NCBI GenBank assembly: GCA_038228295.1
Contig: JBBRPH010000002.1
Coordinates: 39,293 to 103,292, forward strand
Reading direction: 5' to 3'
Source of the DNA: Chloroflexia bacterium
GTDB taxonomy: Bacteria; Chloroflexota; Chloroflexia; QHBQ01; JAICKM01
Length of the DNA stretch: 64,000 nucleotides
Part shown: piece after piece, positions 59,619 through 64,000 of the stretch
Layout: every line of letters begins with the position of its first letter
Position numbering within the stretch: position 1 is the stretch's first letter
Made by a program: the position numbers and the translations under genes
Notes under the pieces: model-generated
Database searches by the model: none
Seen by the model: the letters and a program-made list of their open reading frames with translations, nothing else
What the model was told of the DNA's origin: nothing

Positions 59619-59647
59619 AGTATACGCCCGTCTCCGGCACTTGTCAA
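59619..59647 (-). promoter_or_regulatory. Near-consensus sigma-70-type promoter
   Basis: Minus strand reads TTGACA (59647-59642), 17 nt, TATACT (59624-59619), immediately after the stop of the upstream gene and ~390 nt before the CBS/MgtE-N gene start. Confidence 0.55.
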
Positions 59648-59652
59648 TGCGA

Positions 59653-59979
59653 TCAGGGCGCGGCGGCAGGCGGGGGCGTTTTGCCTTCCAATGCGCCGAG
59701 GCTGCCCATAGCCGACCAGAGGAAATCGTCTACCGACATTCCGCCGGCCTGTAATAGACGGCCCAACAGATGGGGCAACACCTCGCGTACCAGTGCGCTT
59801 TGCTGCTCCGGCGAAAGGCCGACGAGAAATTGATCCACGACGTGTTCCAGCAGGCCACGTCGCTCGTCGGGCGTGAGGCTCGCCAGCATCTTGTCGGCAA
59901 AGCTCACCATCAGGTGCAGGCGCTCGTCCGGTTCCAGCCCTTTCAGCGCTTGATCCATCAGGTTTTCGAGTAAGCTCAT
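59653..59979 (-). CDS. Hypothetical helical protein (108 aa)
   Basis: ATG 59979 ('MSLLENLMDQALKGLEPDERLHLM...'). Three internal 'L(E/T/S)P(D/E)(E/Q)..L' segments. No family recognised. The tracked ORF extends 25 codons upstream. Confidence 0.45.
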   Translation of the reverse strand: MSLLENLMDQALKGLEPDERLHLMVSFADKMLASLTPDERRGLLEHVVDQFLVGLSPEQQSALVREVLPHLLGRLLQAGGMSVDDFLWSAMGSLGALEGKTPPPAAAP

Positions 59980-60004
59980 AAAGGTAACTCCGTTGAGTAT
60001 CCAG

Positions 60005-60517
60005 TTACGACTCGTTGATCGGCCGGGCAGGGACCAGGGCCGGCGGGTCAGCATCGGTCAAAGCGACGACGTGCGCGTGACTGGCGTCCACCAAATCGGT
60101 GGGCGTGATTAGGATCTCCTCGCCCCATTGCCCAGTGCCCACGCCCAGCAGTGGCTCGGCCAGTAGAGACGCTTCTAGGAAGGTGCGAAAGCCGGCTGGT
60201 TGCCAGTGAAACGGGGGAATGGAGCCGATCACATAACCGGTAATGGCTTGCACAGTTGCGGGAGTAGCCATGCGGATGTTGCGCGAGCCGATAGCCTTTT
60301 TAAGCCGACCCGACACGGCGTTCTGATCGCCGCCCAGCATCACTAACACGCGCTCACCTGCATCCGTTTCAAAAATCAAGGTTTTGACCATCTGACGTTC
60401 GCGGTAGCCTAATGCGTGCGCTACGGAGGCCGCGCCCTTCTCAATATCGGGCGAGAAACTTCGCCGCTCGTAGGGAATACCGCAGGTGTCAAGGTAATCA
60501 TGGGCCGGAAGATTCAT
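60005..60517 (-). CDS. YbaK/EbsC-family aminoacyl-tRNA editing (deacylase) domain protein
   Basis: 'VKTLIFETDAGERVLVMLGGDQNVS..LKKAIGSRNIRMATPATVQAITGYVIGSIPPF' is typical of the YbaK/ProX family. Confidence 0.8.
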   Translation of the reverse strand: MNLPAHDYLDTCGIPYERRSFSPDIEKGAASVAHALGYRERQMVKTLIFETDAGERVLVMLGGDQNAVSGRLKKAIGSRNIRMATPATVQAITGYVIGSIPPFHWQPAGFRTFLEASLLAEPLLGVGTGQWGEEILITPTDLVDASHAHVVALTDADPPALVPARPINES

Positions 60518-60644
60518 GCTGGGGCCTCCGCTGGTAGCTTGCCGCTGGTCTTAGTCAGTAAGGCAAGCAAGATAGATGCCGGGGAATCGCGTATAATTGG
60601 GCATACGCCTGCCGCTAGCAGGCCCACACAGGAGGAGGCAACTG

Positions 60645-61442
60645 ATGGCAAGAGTAGATTTGCACGATCAAGTGGTGATGATCAGCGGCGCGTCAAGCGG
60701 ATTTGGCGCGGCGGCGGCGCTAGCGTTCGCGGCGGAGGGCGCGCGGCTGGCGCTGTGTGCCCGGCGGCAGGATCGGCTGGATGCTGCGGTCGCGGCGCTA
60801 ACAGCGGCGGGTGCCCCACGCGTGCTGACGTTCGCCGCCGATGTGCGCGAGCCGAATCAAGTAGCAGGCTTTGTCCAGGCGACGCTGGATGCGTTTGGCC
60901 GTATTGACATCCTGGTGAACAACGCGGGCCTGGCGCGGCGCACCGACCCGATTGCGTCACAAGAGGATGCGACCTGGGATGCCTGGAACGAAATGCTGGA
61001 CACCAACGTGAAAGGCTTGCTGGCGCTCACCCGCCGCGTGTTGCCGACCATGCTGGCGCAGGAGAGTGGGCACATCATCAATCTGAGTTCCATCGCTGCG
61101 CACGTTTCCTACGAAGGAGGCAGCGTCTACGCCGGCAGCAAGCACGCCGTCCGGGCGATCACCCAGGCGCTGCGACTGGAAGTGGCCGACCGGCGCGTGC
61201 GCGTAACGGCGATTTCGCCGGGGCTGGCTGAGACCGAGTTCAGCGTGGTGCGCTTCAGCGGCGATCAAGCGCGCGCCGACGCGGTCTATGCCGGCATGAC
61301 CCCGCTCACGGCGGAGGATGTGGCGGACTGCATTGTGTTCGCGGCCAGTCGCCCGTGGCACGTCAACGTGGATGAGATGATCATCAAGCCCACTGACCAG
61401 CCCGCCGTCCACAAAGTGATCCGCCGCCCGCCCGCCCAGTAG
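60645..61442 (+). CDS. Short-chain dehydrogenase/reductase (SDR)
   Basis: 'ISGASSGFG' (TGxxxGxG-type), 'NNAG', 'YAGSKHAV' (YxxxK). ATG 60645 lies 6 nt after GGAGGAGG. Confidence 0.9.
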   Translation: MARVDLHDQVVMISGASSGFGAAAALAFAAEGARLALCARRQDRLDAAVAALTAAGAPRVLTFAADVREPNQVAGFVQATLDAFGRIDILVNNAGLARRTDPIASQEDATWDAWNEMLDTNVKGLLALTRRVLPTMLAQESGHIINLSSIAAHVSYEGGSVYAGSKHAVRAITQALRLEVADRRVRVTAISPGLAETEFSVVRFSGDQARADAVYAGMTPLTAEDVADCIVFAASRPWHVNVDEMIIKPTDQPAVHKVIRRPPAQ

Positions 61443-61480
61443 AGCCACGGCGCGCTGTGGCCCCACGCGCTGTGGCTCTA
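61440..61480. terminator. Hairpin between convergent genes
   Basis: TAGAGCCAC (61440-61448) pairs with GTGGCTCTA (61472-61480). Overlaps the TAG stop of the SDR gene. Confidence 0.35.
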
Positions 61481-61491
61481 CGGCCTACGGC

Positions 61492-63162
61492 TTACCGCCG
61501 CCGCTGCGCCCGCCACCACCGCAGGCCGATCAGCGCGGTGGCGGTGATGGCGGCGGCGGTGGTGGTCACCGCGACGGAGCGGGCGCTGGGCGGGGCCAGC
61601 AGCGCCTGGGCGGCTAGGTAGCCACTGGTGCCGTTGGTGCCTGCCCCCGGCCAGGTGCCCGCGCCGACCATGTAGAGGCCGCGTACCGGCATCGTATAGG
61701 TGGACGCGCCCAGCCAGGGCCGCCAGAGGAAGTTTTGCCGCAGGTGGTGGCTGCCGCCCACGCTGTCGCCACCCACCAAGTTCGGGTTGGCGTGCGCCAA
61801 GTCGGTCGGCGAGTAGACGACCCGCTCCAAGATCAGGTCGCGGATGCCTGGCGCGTATTGCTCCAGCTTGGCGATCACGCGGTCGGCATAGGCTTCTTTC
61901 GCGTCATCCCAGGTGCGGGCCGTGATCGCGCCGGCCGCATCGCCCCGGATCTCGTTGGGCAGCGTGCGGACCTGGATCCAGAGGATCGCGCCGTGACCCG
62001 GCACGCGGCTGGGGTCTACAACCGAGGTTTGTCCGACGATCAGCAACGGGCTGTCGGGCAGCAGGCCGGCTAGCGACTGGGTGTAGGTGCGATCCAGATC
62101 GTCCACCGTCGGCGGGATATGCACATAGGCGAACTCGCTGATCTCCGGCCCGGCGGCCCATTGCGGCGGCTCGCGCAAGGCGAGATGGACCATCATCGTG
62201 CCGGGGCCGTACTTGTAGGCTTTGACGCGGCGGCGCACGTCTAACGGCAGGGGGTAGTCGGCCAACATATCGCCGAACAGCACGCCGGGGGTCAGGTTGG
62301 CGATCACGGCGCGCGTCGCCGCGATTTCGGTGCCGTCGTGCAGAATCACGCCGGTGGCGTGGTCGCCTTCGATGCGGATGCGGCGCACCGGCGCTTCGGT
62401 CCGCACGGTGCCGCCGTACTCACGCAGCAGGCCGGCCAACGCCTCCGGCATCTTGGACGCGCCGCCCTGGGCCAGGGCCATGCCTTGCTCCATGTCGGTG
62501 AACGCTTCGAGGAAGGGGAAGGTTGCGCCACCCGACACGCTGGGGCCGAAATCGAGGTGCATTCCCCAGGTGGCGATCAGCGCACGCGCTTCGGGGCTGG
62601 CGAAATAGGTCTCGCCCAACTCGCGTGTCGAACTGAGCAGGATGCCGGCCAGCGTGCCCAATTCGCGCGGCCCGGCCGTCAGCAGCGCCTTGACCAACAC
62701 CCAGGCGGCGGCCGGCGAGGGCAACGGCACGCCATAGAGCGGCAGCAGGGTCTTGGTGAACTGCTTGTATTGCGCGTAGAGCCGCCGCCAACCGTCGGCA
62801 TCGGCGGCATTATGCGCTTGGAGCAGCGCCAGCGTGCGCTCCTGGTCCTTATACACCCGCAGGCTGCTGCCGTCGGGAAACACGTTGCAGTAGGGTTTGT
62901 CGGACACGACATATTGGAGGCCGTGCCGCTCCAGATCGGCCTTTAGCTCCTTGTAGACCGGCGAGCCGCGAAACAGGTTTTGGTTGGTGGACCACAGATC
63001 GTGGACAAAGCCGGGCCGCGTAATCGCGCCGCTCTGCACCGCACCGCCGATTTGGGCGTTGCGTTCCAGCACCAACGTCTTCCAGCCGGCTCGCGCCAAG
63101 TAGAGCGCCGTGACGAGGCCGTTGTGCCCGGCCCCAATAATAATCGCGTCGTAAGTGTCCAT
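61492..63162 (-). CDS. Phytoene-desaturase-family (CrtI-like) FAD/NAD(P)-dependent oxidoreductase with C-terminal membrane anchor
   Basis: 'YDAIIIGAGHNGLVTALYLARAGWKTLVLERNAQIGGA' dinucleotide-binding motif. C-terminal 'VAVTTTAAAITATALIGLRWW'. Confidence 0.85.
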   Translation of the reverse strand: MDTYDAIIIGAGHNGLVTALYLARAGWKTLVLERNAQIGGAVQSGAITRPGFVHDLWSTNQNLFRGSPVYKELKADLERHGLQYVVSDKPYCNVFPDGSSLRVYKDQERTLALLQAHNAADADGWRRLYAQYKQFTKTLLPLYGVPLPSPAAAWVLVKALLTAGPRELGTLAGILLSSTRELGETYFASPEARALIATWGMHLDFGPSVSGGATFPFLEAFTDMEQGMALAQGGASKMPEALAGLLREYGGTVRTEAPVRRIRIEGDHATGVILHDGTEIAATRAVIANLTPGVLFGDMLADYPLPLDVRRRVKAYKYGPGTMMVHLALREPPQWAAGPEISEFAYVHIPPTVDDLDRTYTQSLAGLLPDSPLLIVGQTSVVDPSRVPGHGAILWIQVRTLPNEIRGDAAGAITARTWDDAKEAYADRVIAKLEQYAPGIRDLILERVVYSPTDLAHANPNLVGGDSVGGSHHLRQNFLWRPWLGASTYTMPVRGLYMVGAGTWPGAGTNGTSGYLAAQALLAPPSARSVAVTTTAAAITATALIGLRWWRAQRRR

Positions 63163-63467
63163 AGCTACTCCCTTATTGATCCATGCAGAAGCCCCAAGAA
63201 TTGCTTTGATCGGTTAGAGCGAAAGCAAAGCAAGGGCTGATCCACGGCGCGGGCCGGCGCAACCGCTACCCAGGGGGTTCGTCTCTCGTGTAGCGGCCGC
63301 TTGTTGGCGTGCGGCGTGGCGTGCCGGGTTGCGGAACTTTTTCGTGCGCCCCACCATCTAATATGTGTGCCCTGTGGGGTGCGGGCGGCCGACGTGGCGC
63401 AGCCCTGATAATAGCAACTACGGAGCATTGGCGCAAGCGATCTCGGTAGCACAAAAGGAGAAACATC

Positions 63468-64000
63468 ATGAAACAACGGTTCCATTCGCTCGTCCTCGTC
63501 GGCAGCGGTATCGTCCTCGGCCTACTGATCGCCGGTGGCCTGCATACCCTCAACACGGCGGCGCAGACCGCCGGCGGCTGCCAGACCTTTCCGCAGACCG
63601 GTCATACGCTGTGCGGTCGCTTTCTGAGCTACTGGCAGGGGCACGGCGGGCTGGCCCAGCAGGGCTACCCGATCTCGGAAGAATTCATCGAAACCAACGA
63701 CCTGAACGGTAAACCCTACACGGTGCAGTATTTCGAGCGGGCCGTGTTTGAGTTGCATCCGGAGAACGCGCCGCCGTTTGATGTGCTGCTCTCGCAACTC
63801 GGTACCTTCAGCGGTCATACCAAGTATCCGCAGGGCTTTGCCGCGCATAGCGGTGATTCGCCGTTTTACGAAAACCGCACTGATGCCGCCGGCACGTTGA
63901 AGTCGTTCTACAACGCCGTTAACCGCAAAGAATATGAGCGTGCCTACGGCTACTACCAGGGCGCACCCAACCCGCAACCCAGCCTCGCACCGCCTTTCGC
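63468..64000 (+). CDS. Secreted/anchored protein with one 'GGLAQQGYPIS' repeat; 3' end outside window (absent from ORF track)
   Basis: My translation from ATG 63468 (AAAAGGAG RBS 7 nt upstream): MKQRFHSLVLVGSGIVLGLLIAGGLHTLNTAAQTAGGCQTFPQTGHTLCGRFLSYWQGHGGLAQQGYPISEEFIETNDLNGKPYTVQYFERAVFELHPENAPPFDVLLSQLGTF... The frame is open to the window end. ~70% identical to the repeats in 4718-5653. Confidence 0.75.
   Translation, partial: MKQRFHSLVLVGSGIVLGLLIAGGLHTLNTAAQTAGGCQTFPQTGHTLCGRFLSYWQGHGGLAQQGYPISEEFIETNDLNGKPYTVQYFERAVFELHPENAPPFDVLLSQLGTFSGHTKYPQGFAAHSGDSPFYENRTDAAGTLKSFYNAVNRKEYERAYGYYQGAPNPQPSLAPPF

Noticed and set aside
63522-63977. Tracked 151-aa minus-strand ORF at the window end.
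   Set aside because: It is antisense to the strongly supported partial CDS 63468-64000 (RBS, signal anchor, high identity to the repeats in 4718-5653).

Overview
High-GC bacterial chromosomal window (by eye about two-thirds G+C). I recognise no rRNA, tRNA, CRISPR array, transposase or integrase. About 50 CDS are supportable. One set is envelope-oriented: an ECF sigma factor with two paralogous Pro/Thr-rich membrane proteins, two type-1-copper cupredoxin proteins, two GT-C-like and three GT4 glycosyltransferases, a BNR/sialidase-like protein, two very large SLH-anchored proteases, a TPR protein, and two tandem zinc-ribbon/TM/beta-propeller paralogues. The other set is housekeeping: KDPG aldolase, an isocitrate-DH-like enzyme, PepF, TsaC/Sua5, a debranching-enzyme plus sugar-ABC operon, and yvcK-gap-pgk-tpiA. 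SLH anchors, PT-rich linkers and a lipoprotein cupredoxin suggest a Chloroflexota-like filamentous bacterium, but that is inference only. Most interesting observations: (1) A thioredoxin-fold/NHL-repeat gene is interrupted by a single in-frame TGA exactly at the nucleophilic Cys position of its CxxC motif. A two-tier SECIS-like hairpin follows, making it a candidate selenoprotein (alternative: a fresh pseudogene). (2) A family of AT-rich heptanucleotide tandem arrays (STRR-like) sits on gene boundaries. Several arrays contain the stop codon, several form opposed or inverted arms, and some are translated inside CDS. (3) A tandemly duplicated ~100-nt module downstream of pepF carries an intrinsic terminator with a compensatory base-pair change and an invariant CCUCC tract (candidate sRNA pair). 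(4) A near-consensus promoter is followed by a ~385-nt structured leader with M-box-like end motifs, upstream of a membrane-domain-less MgtE-N/CBS protein. (5) An uncharacterised ~80-aa repeat ('HGGLAQQGYPIS...YTVQYFERAVFE.HPEN') recurs in several secreted proteins, once fused to a cupredoxin domain. The ORF track missed one partial CDS at the window end and one 47-aa membrane protein. All family calls are from motif recognition by eye; no database search was possible.
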